Shown piece by piece: positions 19,190 through 27,497 of a stretch of DNA of 64,000 nucleotides. The notes under the pieces were generated by a model, which did not search any database, had not been told where the DNA came from, and saw only the letters and a program-made list of their open reading frames with translations. Numbering within the stretch: position 1 is the first letter of the stretch; every line of letters starts with the position of its first letter. Origin of the DNA: Candidatus Bathyarchaeota archaeon (GTDB lineage Archaea; Thermoproteota; Bathyarchaeia; Bathyarchaeales; Bathycorpusculaceae); the NCBI GenBank assembly GCA_963828195.1, contig CAWHDT010000005.1:160001-224000 (forward strand). The letters are read 5' to 3'. Both the position numbers and the translations under genes were made by a program.

Positions 19190-20470
19190 ATGAAAAAAAT
19201 ATTAGCTGTAATAATTATTGGAATTTTTTGTTTATCTATGTTTGCGGTTTTCGCTCCGAAAGTAAAGGCACAATCTTCCGTGGATTGGTGGCCGACATTT
19301 CAGCATGACTCAGCACATACAGGGTCCTCTACTTCCACATCGCCGATCACAAATCAGCTCTTATGGAACTACACAACAGGCAATTCTATAGATTATTCAT
19401 CGCCTACTGTCATGAACGGGGTGGTTTACTTTGGTTCAGATGACCACTACGTTTACGCTTTAAACGCTGCAACAGGCAGCCTAGTATGGAGTTACAAGAC
19501 AAACGGTGACGTGGATTCTGCCCCAGCCGTTGCTAACGGAGTAGTCTACATCGGCTCAGAAGACCACAAAATGTATGCTTTGAATGCTGCAACAGGCAGC
19601 CTGGAATGGAGTTACAAGACAGGCGGCGGAGTAGAATCTTCTCCCACAGTCGTCAACAATATAGTCTACTTCGGGTCAGACGACAGCAAAGTTTATGCTT
19701 TGAACGCTGCAACAGGCACCAAAAGCTGGAGCTATAGTACAGGCGGTTCTGTGGATTCGTCTCCAGCGGTTGTTAACGGTGTGGTCTACGTTGGTTCAAC
19801 AGACGACTACGTTTATGCTTTGAACGCTGCAACAGGCACCAAAAGCTGGAGCTATTTAACGGGCGATGAAGTGGAGTCTTCTCCCGCAGTCGTCAACAGC
19901 ATAGTCTATGTTGGCTCGGATGATAACAGCGTTTACGCCTTGGATGCTACCACCGGCACCAAAATTTGGAGCTTCGGAACGGGATATTCTGTGGATTCAT
20001 CTCCAGCAGTTGTTAACGGTGTAGTCTATATTGGTTCAGAAGACGACAACCTTTATGCTTTAAATGCTACAAGCGGCAGCGAAATATGGAGCCACCTTAC
20101 AGGTAACCAAGTTGAATCTTCTCCCGCAGTAGCCAACGGCATAGTCTACGTGGGCTCAGATGACAACAACATATACGCGTTAAACGCGGCAACCGGCAGC
20201 ACAATCTGGACTTACGGAACTGGTGATGAGGTGTTGTCTTCACCCGCAATTGCTAACGGAGTGGTCTACATTGGCTCAAACGACTACAACATATACGCTT
20301 TTGGCTCAATAACGGTTCCCCAACCATCCCCACCGGTACCTTCTCCGACAATTCCCGAGCTACCTAATCAAGCGCTCGCTTTCACATTAGCCGCTATAAT
20401 AGTATGCACTGCATCTGCGATAATCATTACAAAAAAGAAAACAATAAGCAGGAAAAATCTTCAACGATAG
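19190..20470 (+). CDS. PQQ/BamB-like 8-bladed beta-propeller surface protein with PEF-CTERM-like tail
   Basis: Signal peptide; WPTFQHD..HTG; eight 40-aa repeats SSPAV.NGVVY.GS.D..VYALNAATG...W; IPEL plus TM plus KKK. Confidence 0.92.
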   Translation: MKKILAVIIIGIFCLSMFAVFAPKVKAQSSVDWWPTFQHDSAHTGSSTSTSPITNQLLWNYTTGNSIDYSSPTVMNGVVYFGSDDHYVYALNAATGSLVWSYKTNGDVDSAPAVANGVVYIGSEDHKMYALNAATGSLEWSYKTGGGVESSPTVVNNIVYFGSDDSKVYALNAATGTKSWSYSTGGSVDSSPAVVNGVVYVGSTDDYVYALNAATGTKSWSYLTGDEVESSPAVVNSIVYVGSDDNSVYALDATTGTKIWSFGTGYSVDSSPAVVNGVVYIGSEDDNLYALNATSGSEIWSHLTGNQVESSPAVANGIVYVGSDDNNIYALNAATGSTIWTYGTGDEVLSSPAIANGVVYIGSNDYNIYAFGSITVPQPSPPVPSPTIPELPNQALAFTLAAIIVCTASAIIITKKKTISRKNLQR

Positions 20471-20480
20471 AAGAAAATCT

Positions 20481-20512
20481 AAAACGCTGGTGCTCCAGCA
20501 CCAAGCGGTTTT
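20481..20512. terminator. Hairpin between convergent genes
   Basis: aaaacgctggtgct-cc-agcaccaagcggtttt. Confidence 0.35.
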
Positions 20513-20574
20513 GCTTTCGCGATTGCTGAAGCAATGGCCGGACTTAGCTTTATTTGATGCTAACGGCTGTTCCA

Positions 20575-21759
20575 TCAAACTTTAACGTTGCAAACGTTCG
20601 CAATTGCCTTAAGCTTTTTTAATATTTCGGGGCTAACTTTTTTGTGAAGCACATACACTGATATGGCGTAGCCGCTGTTTCCGATTTGTCTTGAGTAGTT
20701 TGCTCTGATGTTTATGTCGTTGTCAGCTAAGACTTTGTCAATATTAGCGAAGACTCCCGGTACATCGCGATGGTGAATAAACAGGGTGTAAACTGGTATC
20801 TCCTCTAACTCTATGTTTTCACCTGCATTCACCGCGTTAACAAAGTCTCCGCCTAAAAGGTAACCTGAAACTACACGCGCTATTTCGATTGATGTTTCAT
20901 TTTGGGCTTCGATTGTTGATGCGCCAAGGTGACTGCTTAAAATGATGTTATCTAACTCTGCGAGTTTGTTTTTGAATTCATCACCTTCTTTTTTGGGTTC
21001 TTCAGCGAAAACGTCTACTGCGGCGCCCGCGATTTTATTCTCTTTTAACGCAAGATAAAGTGCTTGCTCGTCTATGTTGCTGCCCCTTGAAGTGTTAACT
21101 AAATAAGCGGTTTTCTTCATTAACTGTAGTTCTTTTTCGCCGACAACTTGCTCTTTTCCGCCCGTGTGAATACTTACGTAGTCAGCTTTTGCCAAGACTT
21201 CCTGCTTTGACATGAATTTTATGCCTGATTCAAGACACGGCTTTATGTCATAACCAATAACTTCCATGTCAAAGCCGCGACGTGCAATCTCAGCCAGCCT
21301 TTGCCCAATTCTTCCACAGCCCAAAATACCCAGCGTTTTATAAGATAACTCTGTTCCTTTGAACTTGCCTTTTTTCCAAACATCGTTTTTAAGAGAATAG
21401 TGAGCTTGAGGGGTGTTTCTTGAGATGGCAAGCATTAATCCTAAGGTTAATTCTGCCACTGCGTTGGTGCTGCCGTAGGGAGCAGATTTTACCACTACAC
21501 CGTTTTCTGAGGCGGCTTCAACGTCTATGTTATCGTAGCCGACACCTGCTCGTCCAATGATTTTGAGTTTTCCTCGGGCACCCGCTTCGATGACTTCTCT
21601 TGTGACTTTTGTGGCGCTTCGCACGATTAACGAGTCAAATTGACCTATATCGGCGACTAGTTTAGTTTGGTCTCTTTTCTGAGTATCCGTTTCTATGCCT
21701 GCGTCTTGAAAGAGCTTTAAGCCTTCAGCCTCTAAACCGTCATTTAACAGTACCTTCAT
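20575..21759 (-). CDS. serA: D-3-phosphoglycerate dehydrogenase-like enzyme with C-terminal ACT domain
   Basis: IVRSATKVT, GRAGVGYDNID, GCGRIG, SHLGAST.EAQ, ACT HRDVPGV; near glyA. Confidence 0.85.
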   Translation of the reverse strand: MKVLLNDGLEAEGLKLFQDAGIETDTQKRDQTKLVADIGQFDSLIVRSATKVTREVIEAGARGKLKIIGRAGVGYDNIDVEAASENGVVVKSAPYGSTNAVAELTLGLMLAISRNTPQAHYSLKNDVWKKGKFKGTELSYKTLGILGCGRIGQRLAEIARRGFDMEVIGYDIKPCLESGIKFMSKQEVLAKADYVSIHTGGKEQVVGEKELQLMKKTAYLVNTSRGSNIDEQALYLALKENKIAGAAVDVFAEEPKKEGDEFKNKLAELDNIILSSHLGASTIEAQNETSIEIARVVSGYLLGGDFVNAVNAGENIELEEIPVYTLFIHHRDVPGVFANIDKVLADNDINIRANYSRQIGNSGYAISVYVLHKKVSPEILKKLKAIANVCNVKV

Positions 21760-21866
21760 TTTAGCAGACTCCTTTAGTGGTTATCAATATTGGAGATTTA
21801 AGCTGATTGGAAACGGACAATATTAAATATTCTGAAAAAAAGAAAATTTGCTATGCCAAGATATGT

Positions 21867-22151
21867 TTAAGTTCGGTTTTTCAAGGCGGCGACTTGTTCT
21901 TTGCTTAGTTTTGTGACTGCTATGTTGAAGTTCGATGCTTTGTGGCAGTATGGGCATTTTAGGCGTCGGTTGTTTCCACGGTACAGTGAGATGAAGCTGG
22001 CTCCTGGAACCCAATGATAGTTGAATTTTTTCTTGCAGTTCGGGCATGTTAATCTCGATATTGCGTGTGGCCCGTACCTTGGAAGCAGCATGAACACGAT
22101 TACAAAGACCACCGCTGTTACGGCAATATAGATTAAGAAAAGGTCTACCAT
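21867..22151 (-). CDS. Small membrane-anchored zinc-ribbon protein
   Basis: N-terminal TM; CPNC and CPYC. Confidence 0.7.
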   Translation of the reverse strand: MVDLFLIYIAVTAVVFVIVFMLLPRYGPHAISRLTCPNCKKKFNYHWVPGASFISLYRGNNRRLKCPYCHKASNFNIAVTKLSKEQVAALKNRT

Positions 22152-22260
22152 GCAGTTTCAGCTTTCAAGAGAAGAATGTTGCCTTATTAATATTTAGGCT
22201 CAATTTTTGTTTTTAAAAGATTCTTGTCTATGTGCGTTGAAGAAAAATGAAAAAAGGCTA

Positions 22261-23598
22261 TCAGGCCTTTCTGAGGTAGGTTAACGCTTCTTCCACGTTT
22301 TGGAAGCCGTATTTCACATGATTAAACTCTTTCTTAAGCGACAGGACGTCTTCTTTGACTTGAGCGGGTTTACGTTTTTCTTTTATCACGTCAAGCATAA
22401 GGTCGCATAAGTGTTTAATGTCGCCTTCTTTGAAGCCTCGTCTAGTTATGTCTTGGAATCCTATTCTTAATCCTGAGGGGTCATCTTTGCTGCTTTGGTC
22501 ATCGTAAGGCAACAGGTTTTTGTTGACGATTATGTTTGCGTCCTCGAGGTCTTGAGCTATCTTTTTGCCGCCGCCGAAGCCGCGGATATCAACCGCGATT
22601 TGGTGAGATTTAGTGAAGCCTTTTTTCTCCGCCAAAACTTTAACGCCGTTCTCATACAGGTATTGCCCAGCTGTCTGAGCGGTCTTAACTGTTTGCCTTG
22701 CTAATTCGGCGCCGAAAAGCTTCATCTCTAACGCCGCTGTACTTAGCGCGGGTAGCCTTCCAAGGTGAGTGCTTGAAGCGCTTAGCGGGAAAATGGCGAA
22801 CTGGATTTTTTTCGCTGCTTTCTCAAGCGCCGGGTTTGTTGGACTGCCCAAGATGACGCCGCCTTGGGGGCCTGGGAAGGTTTTGTGGGTTGAGGAGGTT
22901 ATGAAGTCTGCACCTTCCCGCAGTGGATCCTGGAATTCTCCTCCTGCAATTAAACCCAAAACGTGAGATGCGTCGTAGGCTATGTATGCTCCTACTTCTT
23001 CGCAGACAGCTCTTAACTCTTTTATCGGATGCGGAAAAAGAAACAGGCTGCCGCCGAAGGTGACTATACCTGGTTTGGCGGCGCGTATGACGTAGGCTGA
23101 CTTGTCTGGGTCAATGTTGAACTCATCTATGTTGTAAACGTGATTGATATTTTCTAAACCTAACACGTTGCCCGCTAAGCCGGTGTAATCGTGGGAAATA
23201 TGTGCACCACAGCTCAGTGGAGTAACTACCATTTTGTTGTTTTTTGAAGCTAACGATAACCCTTTGAACATGGCTAGGTTTGCATGGGTGCCTGAGACTA
23301 AGCGCACGTCCGCCCAGTCAGCTTTGAAGAGGCTCTTCATGATGTCGGTGGTGTAATCCTCGATTTGGGACATGTATTTTTGGCCTTGATAATACCGTTT
23401 TTTCACGTGTCCCTGCGAGTCGTTTTCGCCTTCTGCGTAACGGGCTGCTAGGTCATGTGAGAAACAGAGCATTTGATTTACGGCTGGAGATTTCAATCCT
23501 TCACTCGCAATCATGTTTATGCATTCTTTGTCGCGGTACTGTTCGTGTTTGCGGCTTGCTTCGATCAGGTTTTGGAATAGTTCTGAGAAGTTTTCCAT
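22261..23598 (-). CDS. glyA: Serine hydroxymethyltransferase
   Basis: INMIASE, RYAEG..RYYQG, PLP-Lys motif SSTHKTFPGPQGG, SGLRIG; start chosen at the ATG preceded by GGAG. Confidence 0.96.
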   Translation of the reverse strand: MENFSELFQNLIEASRKHEQYRDKECINMIASEGLKSPAVNQMLCFSHDLAARYAEGENDSQGHVKKRYYQGQKYMSQIEDYTTDIMKSLFKADWADVRLVSGTHANLAMFKGLSLASKNNKMVVTPLSCGAHISHDYTGLAGNVLGLENINHVYNIDEFNIDPDKSAYVIRAAKPGIVTFGGSLFLFPHPIKELRAVCEEVGAYIAYDASHVLGLIAGGEFQDPLREGADFITSSTHKTFPGPQGGVILGSPTNPALEKAAKKIQFAIFPLSASSTHLGRLPALSTAALEMKLFGAELARQTVKTAQTAGQYLYENGVKVLAEKKGFTKSHQIAVDIRGFGGGKKIAQDLEDANIIVNKNLLPYDDQSSKDDPSGLRIGFQDITRRGFKEGDIKHLCDLMLDVIKEKRKPAQVKEDVLSLKKEFNHVKYGFQNVEEALTYLRKA

Positions 23599-23965
23599 TT
23601 TAGTGTCTACTCCACGTATAATTATCAACGGATTGGGCTTTGCAGTATTTAGCCGTTACTGGGCGCAAGTTATAGTTTAGCGATTGCATCCGTTTTAGTT
23701 TTCTGCAAGCTAACTTGCCGGCGTCTAAGTTGCAGGGGAGTGTTTTTTGTTATTTGCGTTTTAAGTAGCTTTTTTTGTTTAGGGATTGAGGTGTTTGCCG
23801 GCTGCGTCTTTTTGCGTTGTTGCCCGTTCTTTTGCGTTTTTCTGCGTTGAATTCCGTTTCTTTCCGACTCTGCGCTACGTTTAAATCAATATACGAGGAT
23901 AATTGAGCTGAAAAATGGAAAAACGTTCACATAATTGCCAGTTTGAAACTTATGTCTTGCGCTTG

Positions 23966-24781
23966 CTAATTAGGCTGCGATGTCTTGTCTTCTGTTTGTT
24001 TTGATGCGGGGGTTATTTTTGCGATAACGACTGCTCCCGACACTATGTTGTTGTTTAAGTAGGTGATTTCTTTTCCCGAATCCAAATTGATGACTGTATG
24101 ATATGGGGTTATTTCTTTGATTGTTCCCTGCTCGTTCATGAAGGGAGTTACTACTCGGTCGCCTATCTCGTAGTGAAATCTGCTTTCTTTACATTTATGC
24201 TCACAAATGGCGGTGACGATTACTCCTCCTGAAGCGATTGCGCTGTTTGGGATGGTAATTTGGCCTACATCAGTTTGTATCCTCATAATGAGTGCGGTCA
24301 TTTCTGTGATTTTTCCGGGGATATTATTCACTATAACGTCGTCGCCTACCTCAAACTTGTAATTAGTGAATACTAGGAAACCTGACAAGAGGCTACCGAC
24401 AAAGGTGGAGATGACTAGCCCAACAGTGACTGAGATTATTCCTGCGCTTGCTAATAGGTCAGTTGCCGAAACATGTATGATGCTTAAGATTACGAAGCTT
24501 ATAACTAGAACTGCTATTGCAAGTAATAGATACTGAAATATTGTTGCAGCTTGGCTACCTACACGCTGAGTCATAAGCGGTTTAAAGCGTCGTATAATCG
24601 CGATAGCTGCCAACCAAAAACTCACACTGATAATTATGTCCACGGCCTGTACAAACAGCTTGGATAAGCTTATGGGTTCGGCGATAAACTGATGGAAAAT
24701 GTATAGGGTAACTATTGTCAAAATTAACATTACAATTAAGTAAATAATGAGCCTTCGCAGGGAAGCAATACGCTGAGTCAT
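23966..24781 (-). CDS. Small-conductance mechanosensitive channel (MscS family)
   Basis: TM helices, LASAGII, F.VGD.V...G.I.E......IPNS. Confidence 0.85.
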   Translation of the reverse strand: MTQRIASLRRLIIYLIVMLILTIVTLYIFHQFIAEPISLSKLFVQAVDIIISVSFWLAAIAIIRRFKPLMTQRVGSQAATIFQYLLLAIAVLVISFVILSIIHVSATDLLASAGIISVTVGLVISTFVGSLLSGFLVFTNYKFEVGDDVIVNNIPGKITEMTALIMRIQTDVGQITIPNSAIASGGVIVTAICEHKCKESRFHYEIGDRVVTPFMNEQGTIKEITPYHTVINLDSGKEITYLNNNIVSGAVVIAKITPASKQTEDKTSQPN

Positions 24782-25022
24782 CTTTTTTCTACCTACCCAT
24801 AACTTGCAAGCATATTTCTATAGTTTTCTCAAACGGAGGATTATTGTTATAACAGGTCTGGTCAACCAATAGCTCTATTGCTTGCACCCCACATAGAAAG
24901 CACAGGAGAGCAAGGAAAAGACTGAAATCTCCATTTTTTTAGACTGTTTAGAAATTCCGTGGCGTGCCATTTATATCCAACTTCAAAGTGCTGGTGCGTA
25001 TTCGAGAAGGATAAGAATAGGC

Positions 25023-26816
25023 ATGAAGTCACCCACATCTTCCAGTGAGTTCGGTTATTATTTTAGAAAATGGGTTCCGATCGCTATTTCGATAGGGGTG
25101 ATCTGCGGAGTGGGAAGCATTATTTTCTACGAGGCGATCAAGCTCGCAAGCACGGTCCTTCTCGGCGACGTAGCTGGTTATTTTGCTCCTACACCAGCCG
25201 GAGAAGGCGCAAGCTTAGGCATAATCTCGTCCCATCCTTGGTTGATTCCGTTAGTAACTACTGTTGGAGGACTCTGCAGCGGTATACTTGTCTATGGCCT
25301 GGCACCAGAAGCAGAGGGACACGGGACTGATGCAGCAATAGATGCTTTTCACAACAAAAAGGGTGAGATTCGATCCAGAATACCTTTGGTTAAGATTGTA
25401 GCATCAGCAATAACAATTGGCTCCGGCGGAAGTGCAGGCAGGGAGGGTCCGACAGCGCAGATGGGAGCAGGTTTCGGTTCCTTCCTAAGCAAGAGATTTC
25501 ATCTCAGTGTCCATGACAGAAGAATCGCAGTTGCCGTCGGCATAGGTGCAGGAATTGGCTCCATCTTCAAGGCGCCGTTCGGAGGGGCCATCATGAGCGC
25601 TGAGATTCTTTACATGGGAGATTTTGAGGTTGAGACGTTGCTGCCAGCTTTCATAGCTTCAATAGTAGGCTACAGTATATTCGCGTCATATGTCGGCTGG
25701 ACGCCTATATTCGGTTATTTGAACCTAACTACTTTCAACAACCCGATTGTTCTGCCCTTTTACGCTGTTTTGGGCATAGTCTGCGGTTTAGTAGGCATCG
25801 TGTACGTCAAGGGATTCTACGGCACACGAGCTTTTTTTCAGCGCCTAGGAATGCCACGTTTCCTGAAGCCAGCTTTGGGAGGATTATTAGTGGGTATTAT
25901 TGGAATGTTTCTCCCGCAAGTGCTCGGCATGGGGTATGGTTGGCTTCAGATATTAATGAGCGGCAACTTTGTCTTACTCCCTATAATTTTGATTCCAATA
26001 ATTATAATAGCCAAAATAGTTGCAACGTCTCTTACAGTTGGTTCAGGAGGGAGCGGAGGGGTCTTCGCGCCGGCCTTGGTGATAGGCGGCTTTCTAGGCG
26101 CAACACTTTGGATATTGTTAAACGGGCTTATGCCAAACTTCGGCGCTGTCATTGCCGCATTCGTTATTGTGGGAATGATGGCGTTTTTCGCAGGCGTAGG
26201 CAAAGTGCCTATCGCCGTCATACTTATGGTTAGCGAAATGACAGGAGGATTTGCTCTGCTGGTTCCCTCAATGATAGCCGTCGCGATTGCATATGTAGTT
26301 GCAGGAAAGTATACGATCTATAGAAGCCAAGTTCCATCAAGAGCAGATTCGCCAGCCCACAGAAGTGAATACTCCACTCCTCTAATGCAGAAGCTCTTTG
26401 TCAAAGATGCGATGACCAAAAAGGTCATCACAGCCACCCTAAACACACCGCTTTCCGAGATTGCTGACGTAATGGCCAAAAACGCAATGAAAGGTGTGCC
26501 AGTCTTGGATGATAACAGTAGACTTGTGGGTGTTGTCGCACTTACGGATGTCCTTAAAGTTAATCCAGAGAAGAGAGCTACTACTATGGTAAGCTCAGTA
26601 ATGACGAAAGAGCTGATTACAACGATTCCTGATGAAAGCCTTTATGCTGCTTTTGGCAAGATGACGAGCAACCAGGTTGGGCGCCTGCCAGTTGTTGAGC
26701 CAGGTGACAACGGAAAGTTGATAGGTATAATTACACGTGAAGACGTCTGGCGTGTCTACAACAAAGAGATGATGTCAAAACTAGAAGAGTCTAAACTTTC
26801 AGGGAGCGTCGAATAA
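25023..26816 (+). CDS. ClC family chloride channel/antiporter with tandem CBS domains
   Basis: GHGTD, GSAGREGP, GGSGGVFAP; C-terminal CBS pair. Confidence 0.94.
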   Translation: MKSPTSSSEFGYYFRKWVPIAISIGVICGVGSIIFYEAIKLASTVLLGDVAGYFAPTPAGEGASLGIISSHPWLIPLVTTVGGLCSGILVYGLAPEAEGHGTDAAIDAFHNKKGEIRSRIPLVKIVASAITIGSGGSAGREGPTAQMGAGFGSFLSKRFHLSVHDRRIAVAVGIGAGIGSIFKAPFGGAIMSAEILYMGDFEVETLLPAFIASIVGYSIFASYVGWTPIFGYLNLTTFNNPIVLPFYAVLGIVCGLVGIVYVKGFYGTRAFFQRLGMPRFLKPALGGLLVGIIGMFLPQVLGMGYGWLQILMSGNFVLLPIILIPIIIIAKIVATSLTVGSGGSGGVFAPALVIGGFLGATLWILLNGLMPNFGAVIAAFVIVGMMAFFAGVGKVPIAVILMVSEMTGGFALLVPSMIAVAIAYVVAGKYTIYRSQVPSRADSPAHRSEYSTPLMQKLFVKDAMTKKVITATLNTPLSEIADVMAKNAMKGVPVLDDNSRLVGVVALTDVLKVNPEKRATTMVSSVMTKELITTIPDESLYAAFGKMTSNQVGRLPVVEPGDNGKLIGIITREDVWRVYNKEMMSKLEESKLSGSVE

Positions 26817-26973
26817 AACAGCGAACCGCACGCTTGAGCAGAAAAATACGCACTCATACCTGTTCCGAAAATTGACAAAAATGGTGTTAATTCCTGTTTC
26901 GCATTTCCACATATGCCCTGATGGTTAATTTTGTACAAAAAAGGGGCGGAGAGGAAAAGGGCCTCTTTCTGGT

Positions 26974-27360
26974 TTAACCTACGATCTGAGTTATTTCTTT
27001 TATGATTCCTTTTTCTACATGTTGAGTCCACAGCATTTCAGGTACGTCAACAGCCAAAAACAACCAGGTTAAAAGAATGCTTTCGACCGCTACCACCGCT
27101 ATGTTCTGGATCCACTTGCCTACACCGACGTGGATTGAGAAATCATTCGGCTGCCCCGTTATTAGTATGCTGAAGGCCCTATCGGCAGTGATGATGTCCC
27201 GCAGGATCCCGGCTTTCTGCGCTTGTATGATCATTCCTAAAGGAGCAGTTTTTGACTGCGTTTTATAGCCCTCAGCAGATAGTTGTTGAACAATTTGCTG
27301 TGACAGTTGAGTTAGGTCCTTGTTTTTTCCTTGAAAATGCATTACTTTCTCAGTTACCAT
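26974..27360 (-). CDS. Conserved hypothetical protein
   Basis: 128 aa ORF, GAGG RBS, alpha/beta pattern with hydrophobic C-terminal segment. Confidence 0.75.
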   Translation of the reverse strand: MVTEKVMHFQGKNKDLTQLSQQIVQQLSAEGYKTQSKTAPLGMIIQAQKAGILRDIITADRAFSILITGQPNDFSIHVGVGKWIQNIAVVAVESILLTWLFLAVDVPEMLWTQHVEKGIIKEITQIVG

Positions 27361-27497
27361 TTCCTAAAAACCTCACCCACAGTTAAAGCGGCGAGTAATT
27401 AATAGTTTTTCACTCATCGATAATGCAAAAGACCAATTGTTCAGTTCGAGATCATAAAGGCTAAACAGCATTTTTGAATCGGCCAAAATACAGGGTT

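Noticed and set aside
19370-20305. Regular repeats as a possible CRISPR array (likewise 45080-45950)
   Set aside because: The periods of 120 and about 126 nt are in-frame propeller blades with no unique spacers, and no cas genes are nearby
23640-23960. Repeated tgcgtt words upstream of glyA as a possible riboswitch or ORF
   Set aside because: Spacing is irregular and T-rich; no THF/ZTP/glycine riboswitch consensus or clear start codon recognised
24790-25022. Possible fluoride riboswitch / ClC-F upstream of the ClC gene
   Set aside because: The riboswitch consensus is not seen, and the protein has GHGTD/GREGP rather than the fluoride-type signatures
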